A stretch of DNA of 64,000 bases from a virus. Taxonomy: Duplodnaviria > Caudoviricetes. The translations under genes and the position numbers were made by a program. The stretch is from IMG/VR virus record IMGVR_UViG_3300020578_000034, positions 23,842 to 87,841 of that record; one strand, given 5' to 3'. Below, piece after piece: positions 17,817-28,400 of this stretch; position 1 is the first letter of the stretch, and each line of letters begins with the position of its first letter. The notes beneath the pieces were generated by a model that ran no database searches, was not told where the DNA came from, and saw nothing but the letters and a program-made list of their open reading frames with translations.

Positions 17817-20800
17817 GTGACTCGCCTCGAACGACACCTGAGAAAAAGCCCGGGTGAGAAGTCACTGGGACCGACCATCGGCGGTGCGCCGAGGAACATG
17901 AACCCGTTCACCGCGAGGGACGCCGACATGGACATGTTGGTCCTGGAGGACATCGAGGCGGTCAACTTCGGTCGAGGAGTCCCGGACCCCACACCTGGCG
18001 GAGCCGCGGAGACGCCGTCGGCGCCAAGATTGAGATCGCCTTTCTACGCGACCAACGAGGATTTCGCCGTCGCGGCGATGTCGGGTCCGAATCGTCGTCC
18101 GAGCGCCAGCGAGGCAAAAGACCCAGGTGACATGAGGAATCCGGACGGCCATTTTCCGCGGGAATCCGGACCGATGTGGAGGCAGACGAGTTTCACGGCC
18201 CTGAACCTCGCGCCGAGGGAGCGGAGGAACACGAGCCCGGCTTCGGTCAACACGTATCTCCACGCCGAATGGACCGAGCCGTACTGGGACGCCGTCAGGG
18301 ACGACACGGGGATATGGAACTCCCCGCCACCGCCGGAGATGGAGGTCGAGCGCGCCATCTACGACGCAATGAAGAGAGAGACGATAGAGGTCGGCGGGTA
18401 CAACGTTCCGTTCCCCCAGCACCCGAAGGAGTCCGACTACGACCAGTACACGGATTCAACGGGCGCCACCGTCAGGCACCTCAATGCCACCCGAAGTTTC
18501 CCCTTCCGCGACAGGGAGAACTCGAGGTGGACGGACGGACACCCGCTGTACCACGCGACCCCGACCGGCTCGTTGCCGAAGATACTCGCGGAGGGGCTGG
18601 TCGCAAACGCCGAGCGTCAGCTGTGGTTCGGGGCGTCACCGACGGTGTGGAACGAGCAGTTCCCGCACAACGCCCCCCTTCGGCTGAAGTCACCGATCAA
18701 GGGAATGTCGTTCCTGCGGATCAGCCCGACCCAAACGATGAACGAGAGGCTCTCCCGCCTCGCGAAGGTCAGCGATGTCGATCGGGCAACGGTTCCCGGG
18801 TCCCTAGCGATAGATTCGGATGGGAATCTGATCGGGCCGAGGGACTCCCGGGCGCAAGTTGCGGTTGGTCTCCTGAGCGACGCCCTGTGGTTCAACGACA
18901 TCGAGATACCGACGGAAAACATCGAGGTTCTGAGTCAGACCGGAGAATGGATCCCGTTGTACAGGACGGACCTCTCGGACGTGGTTGCTGATCCCACGAG
19001 CGGGCCCGAGGCCGGGATGACGAACGAAAAGAATCGCGGCATCAGAAAAATCCTCTCGTCAATAACGAACGGCAAACACGGCGACGACGAGGGGGCGGAC
19101 GAACAAAAACCCGCCTCCAAGCCCCCCGCCGAGGTCCCGGTGGTGGCGCAAATACCCAACCCGGAACCGAGGATCAAATACTCAGACTCCTACGGCGGCG
19201 ACGACCTCATCAAGAACGAGCAGAGAATCGTGCGCATAGACCACGAGGGATTGGTGGCTGCGGGCCGCTGGGAAGACATCCACGGTGACCATTACGACTG
19301 GTGGGCGTACCCCATAGACAGGGGGAGCGGGCAGTACGGCGAGGCGTTCAACGTGGCCGGCGAGCCACTCCGGAGGTTGAGGGAAGACCCGGAATTCCTG
19401 GCCAGCCTCGCGCGGGAAATAGAGATACAGGCCCTCGCCCTTGGTTGGTCTTTGTACGACAAGGACTGGGTGGAAAAGCTCGACTGGGAGAACGGCCAGG
19501 ACTGGAGACGGGCCTACCCGACGAGGCTGTGGAAGGCAACCAGATCGGCGCAGATATTCGGGCTCCAGAGGGAGTTCGAGTCGATGCTCGCGTTGCACGA
19601 CTCGCTCGCAGCCGGGGGGGTGCGATTCAACCACGAGGACTACTGGGAATCACCCGGGACGGTCGACGACGTCCCGTCGCTGGGAAAATCGTGGAAGGAG
19701 AGGCAAGAGGAGTGGAGACAGCGGTATCCCGCGAGCGACGCCACCAGCTGGACGAGCCCGCACCGCCCGATGCCACAGGGTCCCAAGCGGGGTTCCGACG
19801 ATTCGCAAATGACGCTCCTGGAGGAGGATCGGGCGTGGGACGCCTACGACAGCTTCACAACCCCCATCTTCCCGGTCGTGTCCGACGCCGAGGAGCTAGC
19901 CGACATTCTGTCGGAACCCGACGAGATGATCGAGTTCGGTTACCCGTACGAGCGAATCGACAAAGAAACGAGGCAGCTGATCGCCGACGACATCTTCTTC
20001 GCCGTCTCCCTGTTGATGGACGGAGAGTTCCCCGACGAGGAGTTCACGGACAGGTTGGAGTCCGCAGAACAAATGAGGCGATACGCAAACGAGCAGGAGG
20101 GCCTGTACCCGGACGACGGGGACATCCTGTACGCCCTGGCCGACGCGCTGGAGAACCCCGTCTCGTTGTACGAGGACGCCGTCTACGAATCAACCGACTC
20201 GCCCGACGGCGAGGCGGGGATGGCGCGCAAACTGCGCACTACGGCAGAAATGGATGAGTTGATGAACGAGGCTGCGAGGTTGTACAACGAGGGGAAACCC
20301 CGGATGGACATAGCAAGGGAAATGAATCTTCCCCGGGACACGATCAGCAACCTTCTGCAACGAGCAAACGCGCGCAAGCTACTTCGCAACTACAACCCTC
20401 GAGGGTCCGGAAAATTCGGGAACACCGTAACAACCCCCGAAAACATCGCCGCCGCCGCCGACAAGTACAGGGAGGGAAAGACGTTCGCCCAGATCGCCGA
20501 AGAACTCGCGGTCCCGGGAAGCTCCGTCATAAGACTCGTTGCGGAGGCGAGACGCCTGGGACTGGACACGGGCCCCCGTCGCAATCGAACTTCGTCCGAG
20601 GTTGAGGAACTGATGCTGGAGGTGGCGATCAAGTACGAAGAAGGAAAGTCATTCCGCGAAATCGCGCAGGAAATGGGCGTCAATATAAATACTGTGCAAA
20701 ATATGGCAAACAGGGCCGTGAAGCTCGGTTTGATTCGGAGGGACAGAATAGAGAGAGCGAGCGACGCCGCCGATGAGTTGACGAAAGAAATAATGACCAA

Positions 20801-23800
20801 ACTCGGGCAAGGCAAGAGCCAGCGACAAATCGCGCGGGAACTGAACGTTCCATACCTTCGGGTCACGAACTTGATCAAGAGGGCCAGACGAATTCTTGCT
20901 CCAGACCGAAGAAAAGCCAGGTTGATGAACTCATCCGAGTCCCCCGGGGACTCGGGAGCCCCCGACGGCGAGGCGGGGATGGGAAGACGCTTCCGGGGCA
21001 TGGACGAAGAACCCGATTATTCGGATATGAGTTTGAGCGACACGGAGATACAGAACTTCATAGAGTCCGAAGCCGACAAGGTCACCGACGACCTGATCTT
21101 CGGCAGGGAGGTGTCAAGGGCGTTCACCCAGGGAGAAGACGAACCCGTCCCGCCATCTGTCATGCCAGTGAGACAAATATCAATCCCAACGCTGGAGGAA
21201 ATTCCGGAGGACCTAAAACAGTCGTACATCAAGTTGTGGGCCGGAGGCGGGAGCTTCGTCGCCATAAATCGGCAGCTCGGAATATCCAACCTTGACGGCG
21301 CCGCCATACAGACGGCGCTCCTCAGAAGCGGGGAAATCCTCCCGAGGACCAAGCGCACCTCGGGGGACTCACTGCGTCTCACCCCCGAAGACGAAAGGGT
21401 CTTCGTCGAGTGGTCCAACGAAGGGGCCGATATGGGCTTGCTGGCATCGGTGTTCGGACTCACCGCCGGGCAGACCGCCGAGATCGCCAAAGACCTGAGA
21501 AGCCGGGGATTGATCCGCCGACGATTTCAAAAAAACTTTTTCACCGACAGTGAGCGAGACGCATTCGCGACCATCGTGAAGGAGGAACGAGCGAAAGGAA
21601 GAGGCGTCTGGCCGCGTTCCGTGCTCAGGGCCCAGCGGGAGCTCGGATGGTCCAAGCAAAGAGCCCAGGCAATGCTCTTGTGGTACAGAATGCAAGTTAA
21701 GTTCGGTCATATGCCCGGCATCAAGACCCAACTGTCCGATTCCGACATGATGAGGTTTGCCGCGCGATGGAACGACGGAGTGCCCGAGGAGCAGATCGCG
21801 CGGGAGTTCAACGTCGCAGAGGGTTCCGTCAAATGGTTGGCTAGCAAGGTGAGAAAGCGGGGAATACGCCTCAAGCGTCGCAACAGCACGGACTTGTCCG
21901 CCACGGACGGGTTGCGACGGAGTCCCAGACTTTCTCGGGAGTGGCTCGAGGGAGTAGAAAACGGCACGACATCGGGCGGGTACCAGGAGTTCATGGAGGG
22001 GATGCAAAAACGAGCGGTGGCACTATACCGAGACGGGAGGACGTACGACCAGATCGCCAAGGAACTCGGAATCACCGGTGCTGACGCCAAGTACCTGGTG
22101 GACAGGGCCGTGACATCCGGTGAGAAGTCCCCACGCCGTAGGGGACCAAGATCAAAGGTCGCCGCCGCGCTCGGCATCACCGTGGACGAGCTGGTTGAAC
22201 GGATGGCGGCAAGATACAACGAGGGCAAGACAGGCGCCGAGATGGCCACGGAATTCGGCACCACAATCGGCAACCTTAATTATTTCCTGAGGGTGGCGGG
22301 CAAAAGGGGTTTGTTGAAATTGAGGACGAAGCGAAAGAAGCACCCAGTCAAACGCAACGTCACGGGAGCTTCCTCCCGAAAAACGAGACCGACCGACGGA
22401 TCCGACGGCGAGGCCGGGATGTCGGGCCCGGATTCTGCAGATCTGCCGGACGGAATAGACGGGGAACTAGAGGATTACGTCTACGAGGATCCGGTGTTCG
22501 GTTTGTCCATACAGCATCCTCTCTTCCTCTGGTTCGCCCGGATCACCCCGGAGGTTGTCGACTTGATAAACGCGTCCTTCGCGAAAAAACGGGCGTCGGC
22601 GGACGAAGCCCTGAGACAAAAGAATTGGGGAAGGTACATATACCTACACGAACGCCCCTACCGCATCGACGCCTTCGAGGACATCATGGACGAGCTGACG
22701 GACCAGGAGTACTGGAGCCGACTCTCGGACATATGGGTGGACAGCGAGAACATCGGGCAGCAACCCGATCGTTGGAGGAACCTGCTACTGAGCGAACGCG
22801 GCTCGCGCGAGTCCTTCATGACGGAGGACGAGCGAGCGGAATTCGCGGCGTTGCAGCCACAGTTCACCGTGTACCGCGGTTATTCGGAGAACGACCAGGA
22901 GGAGTTCGGAATGTCGTGGAGCACCGACGCGGGAGTGGCCGAGTGGTTCGCCAGGAGATTCGCAAGGGAAGACGACAAGATCTTCATGGAGGAAATGGAG
23001 GTCTCCAAGGACGACGTCTTCGCGTACCTCACGCGGCGTGGCGAGGAGGAGATAATCCTCGACATGCGCACCGCGACCGGTGGGACGGCGATCAGGCGGC
23101 AGTTGAAGAAGTACCCCAACACGACGAGCGGCCCGTACGCGGCAAAACTCAGGAAACTCGGCGTAAGGGCGGACGGCGAGGCGGGGATGTCCTCCCGAAA
23201 AATCCCCAAATTCAACGGCGGCCACAGCAGCAAGGGGAGGGGGACTCCGTCGGGTGACGGCAAGGACTTGGCGATGAGGGACGTGGCGGACAGCGCCATA
23301 GTCGAGCTGGCGAACGACGAGAGGAGCAGTTCGCGGACGACGCTCGAGACGCTCGGGTCGTACCGGGCCGGGAGCATGGTCGTGATGCTGGCGAGAAACG
23401 GTGAGCTCCGGGGCATCCCGCTGAGGGACGAAACCATCCAGGCAATAACGAAAGCCCACGACGACGGTGCGACGTTCGTCGTCGGGGACATGCCGGGCGT
23501 GGATTCGCAGTTCGTGGAATTTTTGGACAAAATCGGGGCCGACTACACGATCTACCATGCGGGGAGTTCGCCGAGGTTCCGTCCGCAACCGCCCGACGCG
23601 CGCGGGGACGCGCCGTCCGAACTCCTCGCGCGCGTGACCGACGAGGACGCGCAGCTCAGTCTCCTGTACTCGGTGCCCGGGGTCGCCGCCAGCGTCAGGA
23701 TGAGGAGCACCGACGGTGCGCCCGTCGCCCCGGGCAAGAACGCAATCATGAAGCCGTACCTCCTGGCTCCGCACATAGACGTGAACGGTTTGGACGCGTC

Positions 23801-25190
23801 GGACCCGGCAATCCAGTCCCTTTCACCGGCACTGAAGGCCGCCGGGTTGGGAACCTACAAAGTCACCGGGCACTCGACCCCCAAGGTCCAGGGACCGGTG
23901 GTGAAGGAGTTCGCGGACAGGCTGATAGGTCCCAGTGCCGTCGCCGACGCCGTGCTCGGAACGTTCCCGACCGCGGACGAGTTGCTGACGATATACGCAG
24001 TAAACGCACTCATCAGGGCGAGGGCGGAGTACCTTTCCGACTCCGTCCTCAACGCGGACCAAGTAAACGAGGCGATCCTGTTCGGAAATGTCATGCTCGT
24101 GGGCCCGAAATTGCCCCAGGACCTGTGGGACATCCCGCAGGTCGGCACCTCCTTGTACCTCGACCCGTTCAGCTACTTCGGGAACGATTCCAACTTCCTC
24201 AAGGCCGTGATCGACGCGTTGCCGGAACGGGTCAGATCCGGGCTGGCCTTCTCCCCCGCCGCGGAGAGGACACCTGGCGTCACCTATCAGGACCGGTCCT
24301 GGGGGGACACCTCGCTCTTCGAGGGCATCATAATCAGGGAAGACGACGACATCTCCAGAAGGTTCGCCCCCATGATCAGGAAGCAGGCGGGAATAGTGCT
24401 GGACCACGCCAGGCGACACGGCGAGCTGGCGAGGAAGTGGGCGCAAACCGCCTACGACCTCATGAGGGAGGCTGGCCTGACGGACGCAGAAGTGGCTTTC
24501 GTTGTCAACGAACACTGGAGAAAAGCATCAGCGTTCAAACTCGCCACGGTGCAACCGGGGAACGTGCTGGGTCACGCGGCGAGGCTGGGCGTCAAGGCGT
24601 TCTCCTCGAGGTACTCGCCGATAAGCCAGGCCATCACCGGCGAGGGCCCCCGCGAGGAGGAGGATTTCGGCCTGCACGAGTTCTTCCACCACTTCCTGGG
24701 CCAGGGTTTCACCAGGCACGGGGAGTACGTGGCGTTCAGGGGTCCGGTCGATCTGATCGATTCCTACCACGGGCACATGCAGTGGGCCTGGAACGACACC
24801 CGTCAGCTTGGGATGTTCGTCTCCAGGATCATGACGCAGGAGTTTGGCCGCGGCAAGACCGACCAGCTGGATCTCGGGTATTCGCGCACATTCCATGACA
24901 CCATCGGCAGGGCCATCTACGACAGGCTGAAGGAGATGCTCTCCTCGGCCGAGGACAGGCGAGAAATAATGGACCAGGTGTTCCCGGAATTCCACGGGTC
25001 GCCCAGCGAGGACGAGGCGAAGATCAAGGCGCTGATCCGAAGGCAGTTCGCGGGGCGAGACCTTGAAAGGGTCCGCCAATTTGCGGATTTGATGCCCGTC
25101 CTCAGACTGCTCACGGTGCAGGACCTGCTGGTGCCGAAGATGTACTACCCCTACGGGGGAACGAGTAAAATAATCGGGGGAAGCAACTGA
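17817..25190 (+). CDS. Polyvalent protein / putative polyprotein 2 (2457 aa, GTG start)
   Basis: A shared leader is followed by modules separated by AAM/EAGM Mets at 18078, 19017, 20220, 20979, 22419 and 23187. The modules are Tpt1/ART-like, HYDWWAYP (OGFr/DUF1810-like), two HTH arrays, an R-S-E ART, and SLOG-like plus HExxH. Confidence 0.9.
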   Translation: MTRLERHLRKSPGEKSLGPTIGGAPRNMNPFTARDADMDMLVLEDIEAVNFGRGVPDPTPGGAAETPSAPRLRSPFYATNEDFAVAAMSGPNRRPSASEAKDPGDMRNPDGHFPRESGPMWRQTSFTALNLAPRERRNTSPASVNTYLHAEWTEPYWDAVRDDTGIWNSPPPPEMEVERAIYDAMKRETIEVGGYNVPFPQHPKESDYDQYTDSTGATVRHLNATRSFPFRDRENSRWTDGHPLYHATPTGSLPKILAEGLVANAERQLWFGASPTVWNEQFPHNAPLRLKSPIKGMSFLRISPTQTMNERLSRLAKVSDVDRATVPGSLAIDSDGNLIGPRDSRAQVAVGLLSDALWFNDIEIPTENIEVLSQTGEWIPLYRTDLSDVVADPTSGPEAGMTNEKNRGIRKILSSITNGKHGDDEGADEQKPASKPPAEVPVVAQIPNPEPRIKYSDSYGGDDLIKNEQRIVRIDHEGLVAAGRWEDIHGDHYDWWAYPIDRGSGQYGEAFNVAGEPLRRLREDPEFLASLAREIEIQALALGWSLYDKDWVEKLDWENGQDWRRAYPTRLWKATRSAQIFGLQREFESMLALHDSLAAGGVRFNHEDYWESPGTVDDVPSLGKSWKERQEEWRQRYPASDATSWTSPHRPMPQGPKRGSDDSQMTLLEEDRAWDAYDSFTTPIFPVVSDAEELADILSEPDEMIEFGYPYERIDKETRQLIADDIFFAVSLLMDGEFPDEEFTDRLESAEQMRRYANEQEGLYPDDGDILYALADALENPVSLYEDAVYESTDSPDGEAGMARKLRTTAEMDELMNEAARLYNEGKPRMDIAREMNLPRDTISNLLQRANARKLLRNYNPRGSGKFGNTVTTPENIAAAADKYREGKTFAQIAEELAVPGSSVIRLVAEARRLGLDTGPRRNRTSSEVEELMLEVAIKYEEGKSFREIAQEMGVNINTVQNMANRAVKLGLIRRDRIERASDAADELTKEIMTKLGQGKSQRQIARELNVPYLRVTNLIKRARRILAPDRRKARLMNSSESPGDSGAPDGEAGMGRRFRGMDEEPDYSDMSLSDTEIQNFIESEADKVTDDLIFGREVSRAFTQGEDEPVPPSVMPVRQISIPTLEEIPEDLKQSYIKLWAGGGSFVAINRQLGISNLDGAAIQTALLRSGEILPRTKRTSGDSLRLTPEDERVFVEWSNEGADMGLLASVFGLTAGQTAEIAKDLRSRGLIRRRFQKNFFTDSERDAFATIVKEERAKGRGVWPRSVLRAQRELGWSKQRAQAMLLWYRMQVKFGHMPGIKTQLSDSDMMRFAARWNDGVPEEQIAREFNVAEGSVKWLASKVRKRGIRLKRRNSTDLSATDGLRRSPRLSREWLEGVENGTTSGGYQEFMEGMQKRAVALYRDGRTYDQIAKELGITGADAKYLVDRAVTSGEKSPRRRGPRSKVAAALGITVDELVERMAARYNEGKTGAEMATEFGTTIGNLNYFLRVAGKRGLLKLRTKRKKHPVKRNVTGASSRKTRPTDGSDGEAGMSGPDSADLPDGIDGELEDYVYEDPVFGLSIQHPLFLWFARITPEVVDLINASFAKKRASADEALRQKNWGRYIYLHERPYRIDAFEDIMDELTDQEYWSRLSDIWVDSENIGQQPDRWRNLLLSERGSRESFMTEDERAEFAALQPQFTVYRGYSENDQEEFGMSWSTDAGVAEWFARRFAREDDKIFMEEMEVSKDDVFAYLTRRGEEEIILDMRTATGGTAIRRQLKKYPNTTSGPYAAKLRKLGVRADGEAGMSSRKIPKFNGGHSSKGRGTPSGDGKDLAMRDVADSAIVELANDERSSSRTTLETLGSYRAGSMVVMLARNGELRGIPLRDETIQAITKAHDDGATFVVGDMPGVDSQFVEFLDKIGADYTIYHAGSSPRFRPQPPDARGDAPSELLARVTDEDAQLSLLYSVPGVAASVRMRSTDGAPVAPGKNAIMKPYLLAPHIDVNGLDASDPAIQSLSPALKAAGLGTYKVTGHSTPKVQGPVVKEFADRLIGPSAVADAVLGTFPTADELLTIYAVNALIRARAEYLSDSVLNADQVNEAILFGNVMLVGPKLPQDLWDIPQVGTSLYLDPFSYFGNDSNFLKAVIDALPERVRSGLAFSPAAERTPGVTYQDRSWGDTSLFEGIIIREDDDISRRFAPMIRKQAGIVLDHARRHGELARKWAQTAYDLMREAGLTDAEVAFVVNEHWRKASAFKLATVQPGNVLGHAARLGVKAFSSRYSPISQAITGEGPREEEDFGLHEFFHHFLGQGFTRHGEYVAFRGPVDLIDSYHGHMQWAWNDTRQLGMFVSRIMTQEFGRGKTDQLDLGYSRTFHDTIGRAIYDRLKEMLSSAEDRREIMDQVFPEFHGSPSEDEAKIKALIRRQFAGRDLERVRQFADLMPVLRLLTVQDLLVPKMYYPYGGTSKIIGGSN
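18540..18960 (+). other. ART-fold (Tpt1/KptA-like) domain
   Basis: PLYHATPTGSLPKILAEGL...LWFG...FLRI...IPTENIEVL resembles the LYHGT...IL..GL...IP...I pattern. Confidence 0.5.
20220..22418 (+). other. Tandem HTH array (~9-10 units over two EAGM-delimited modules)
   Basis: Repeated [YW]xEGK[ST]xxxIAxE[ML]x[VIL] units, e.g. LYNEGKPRMDIAREMNL, KYREGKTFAQIAEELAV, KYEEGKSFREIAQEMGV, LGQGKSQRQIARELNV, RWNDGVPEEQIAREFNV, LYRDGRTYDQIAKELGI and RYNEGKTGAEMATEFGT. Confidence 0.85.
22860..23065 (+). other. R-S-E type ADP-ribosyltransferase-like domain
   Basis: FTVYRG (R at 22875), GMSWSTDAGVAEWFA and GEEEII appear in the canonical order. Confidence 0.65.
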
Positions 25191-25393
25191 TGGAACCGAA
25201 CAAACCGACCGACGCGACGCCGATCCTGAGGGTCGAGATTCCCGCCGCCAAACTCGACGCCATCGGCAGGGCGCTGGCCGGTCCTGATCCGCAGGACGAC
25301 GACGGGTCGCACGCCGAGGCTCAGGCGGATTGGGACCTGATAGTCCGCGAGAGGGGCCCGAGGACGACAAGCTACGGAGATGCCGATAGCTAA
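25190..25393 (+). CDS. Small acidic protein, candidate immunity/partner of polyprotein 2 (67 aa)
   Basis: TGATG overlap with the upstream stop at 25188-25192. Confidence 0.6.
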   Translation: MEPNKPTDATPILRVEIPAAKLDAIGRALAGPDPQDDDGSHAEAQADWDLIVRERGPRTTSYGDADS

Positions 25394-25461
25394 CAACTAT
25401 ACGTCTATAATTGTTGAGTAATTGTCAAATCCCGTCGCCGGGAATAGAGGATAAAGGGCAG
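25394..25461 (+). promoter_or_regulatory. AT-rich intergenic segment with a TATAAT -10-like hexamer
   Basis: TATAAT at 25406-25411 in a rare AT-rich gap. No clear -35 element was seen. Confidence 0.4.
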
Positions 25462-28400
25462 ATGTCGCCAACCCCGTTCAGAATTCCGTTCAACGCGAAA
25501 ATCGTCGCCAGGCACGGAACGACGTCCGTGTACGCGCTCAGGGACGGGCGCCTCGCGTTCGTCGACCACACCAAGAACCGCACCTTCCTCGACGGGAGCA
25601 GGGACGTCGGGACGGGGACCTACGGGTCGGGTCACAACTCGGCGTGGGCCGACTCGCGCATCGTCGCCGTCGCGTCCAAGGGCGGCTCCGCCTCGTTCGC
25701 GCAGACCAAGGCACTCAGACCGAAACAATCCAGGATGCCGCAGGAGGCGCCGGACCAGCCCGGGGAGGAGATTCCCGACGAGGCTTTCTCGCGACTGATG
25801 CCGATGATCCCGAAGGAGTTCCTTGATTGGGCGGCGTCGTACGAGATCGGCGACCCGCTGCCCCCGATGATGCCGGGTTACGGCGGGAAAACGCTGTGCA
25901 ATAAATCCATAAACGACACCTCCTACTCGCAGGACGACTTCGGGGTGGACCAGGTCGTCGAGCGCGTCCTCGCGGACATGGGTTTGCCAGACATAAACCC
26001 CGCCCTCGCCTTCGCCCCCGAGATGGAGACCAAGGGCCTCCCGCGGATGGAGCAGAAGGGCATCCTGGGCAGGGAGATCAGGGACCTGGCGCGCAACATC
26101 GCCGACTCGATCCTCACGGCGAGGGGCCTGTGGAAGGACGAGCTGAACAAGATTCGCTGCGGGTCGGGACCGAACGCCAACAGGTTCACCGACATCTTCG
26201 GGACCGGTTGCGACGTGCCGGGCGCCGACACGGCCGGCAACATCGTCGGCGCGATAAGGGCCGGGGTGGACGTTCCCGGTCCGGTGGACGAGGTGGCGGG
26301 GAGGATCGAGGGGGCGAGGGAGAGCGTCGCCGACGCGGCCGACGGAATGGACTTCCCGGGCGGAAAACCTTCCCTCGGCGAAAGGCTCAGGACGGCGCTG
26401 ACGAGGGTCCGGGGCGGGCACACGCCGCACTACGTGGCCGACATGCCGAGCGACATTGACCCGGCGGCAGGCATGTCAGACGTGTTGAGCAGGAGATCCG
26501 ACAAGAGGGGAGCGTTCCAGTTCGTCCGATCTCTAGTCAACCGCAATAAACGGCGCGAGCGCGGCAAGAAGGGGGAGAAAACCCACAGATCCGCGGAAGA
26601 GATGGCCAGGGAGGCCTTCGCCACGCGCGAGTACCGCGACTGGGAGCAGGACTTCACGCTTAGAAAAGGCAGGCTGCCGAACAGGGGCGAGAAACTCAAC
26701 TGGTTGGCCGAGCACGTCGGATGGAAAGGACAGATCAGGGACGCGGCCGGCAACCCCGTGACGGACGAGTTTGGCAACCCGGTGGGAAGCTTCGGCGGGT
26801 TGGCCGACACCGCGGTCGTGGACGGGGAAGTGACCGACATGACCCATTTCGAAGCGATGGTCGAGCAGGTAGTGCGCAACCCGAACTTGGTGGAGGGCGG
26901 TAATTTCGACATGCTGAGCGAGGCCAAGAAGAGGAAGATCAGGGAGGAGGTCGAGAGGAACATATACGACTACGGGCTCCAGACCCTGTTCGCCATGAAG
27001 AACGCCGGCGGGCCGGAAAAGATAGAGCAGATCCAACCCGACGGGAGCAGGATCCTGGTGGACAACCCGGAGCACAAGAAACGCTTCGCCGAGGTAATAC
27101 CGACCCATTTCCGCATAATTCACGAGACAGACCCCAGCAACCGGAACCCTTCACTCAGGGATGCGGCGGTGGTCACCGCGGTCAACGGTTTTGAACCGGG
27201 CATCGATGACGTGATCGACTTTGTCCCGGAGATGGGTACAGATCGGCGGATGACTGCGGCACGACCGCTCACGGCGGGCAGGCAGCGCTATGGAAGCGTC
27301 GCCGGTTCTATGCCGTTGTATGTGCATGAGAACCAGACCAGTGGAGGCGAAATTCCGTTCGTGGCCTCCATAAGCCTTAATCCGCTGTGGTTCATAAACC
27401 AGCAAACACAGAAGGACAAGCTCGCGGGCTTCGGCGATCAACACCTGGGGATGGACATGAGCAGGGAGGCGTTCTGGGCGCACACCGCCGACCACGAGCT
27501 GAACCACATAGACGACTTCGCGCAGAGGCTCGGGAACAAGCTCGGATACTGGGGGGAACTCGGCGGCGGCCGGGAGGAGTGGATGCAGAGGCTGTCGCAG
27601 CAAACGTACACGCGCACGCCCACGGGTGGTCGTTGGTCGAACGTGATAGACCTCCGCAAGGACGCGGCCAACTACACCTTCCTCGGGCAGCAGATCGCGG
27701 AACTCGACGCAAAACTGGCCACAGCCACGACGCCCTACGAGAGACAGAAGGCGATTTGGTTCTTCTACATGCAGAACATGAGGTTCGACGAGCAGACGAT
27801 GTCCGACTTCGCGAGGTGGATGAACAGATCGGGCGCGGGTTTCACGCCTGGTAAGCGCCTTTCTAAGGACGAGCAGGCCGCGATGCTCAACGAGATCTAC
27901 GAAAACCTGCGGGCGCGCGGCTACGCCGAGGAGACCGGGGTGCCGTCCTTCAGTTTCTGGCAAGACATGATCGACACGCCTCTGGGTTACTGGAACCCAG
28001 CGACGGGCACGTTCGAGTTCCCTCTCGACCCGCGCACCGGGCTCCTGAACCCGTACCCGCTGAACGTGATGAACATGCAACCGAGATGGACGGGAAGAAG
28101 AGACGCGATGAATCGTCCCTTCTCGGACAACGTCGCCACATTTCCCGATAACCTTGATCCGTCACGCTTCGGGCCTGGACAGCCCCCGTTCGGGCAGGCG
28201 AGGCTCGACAACTCCGTCTCCAACCTCCTGCACGGATTCATAGGGGGGACCTACGCCGGCGAGAACGACTATGAATTCGCGGCGGAGCTGAGGACGCATC
28301 TGAACAAACAGGGCGCGCTCGCCGACATCAGGGAGTTCCTCGCCGACCCCGCCCGCAACATACACCAGCTCACCGAAGCCGACTTCATGACGCTCGTGGC

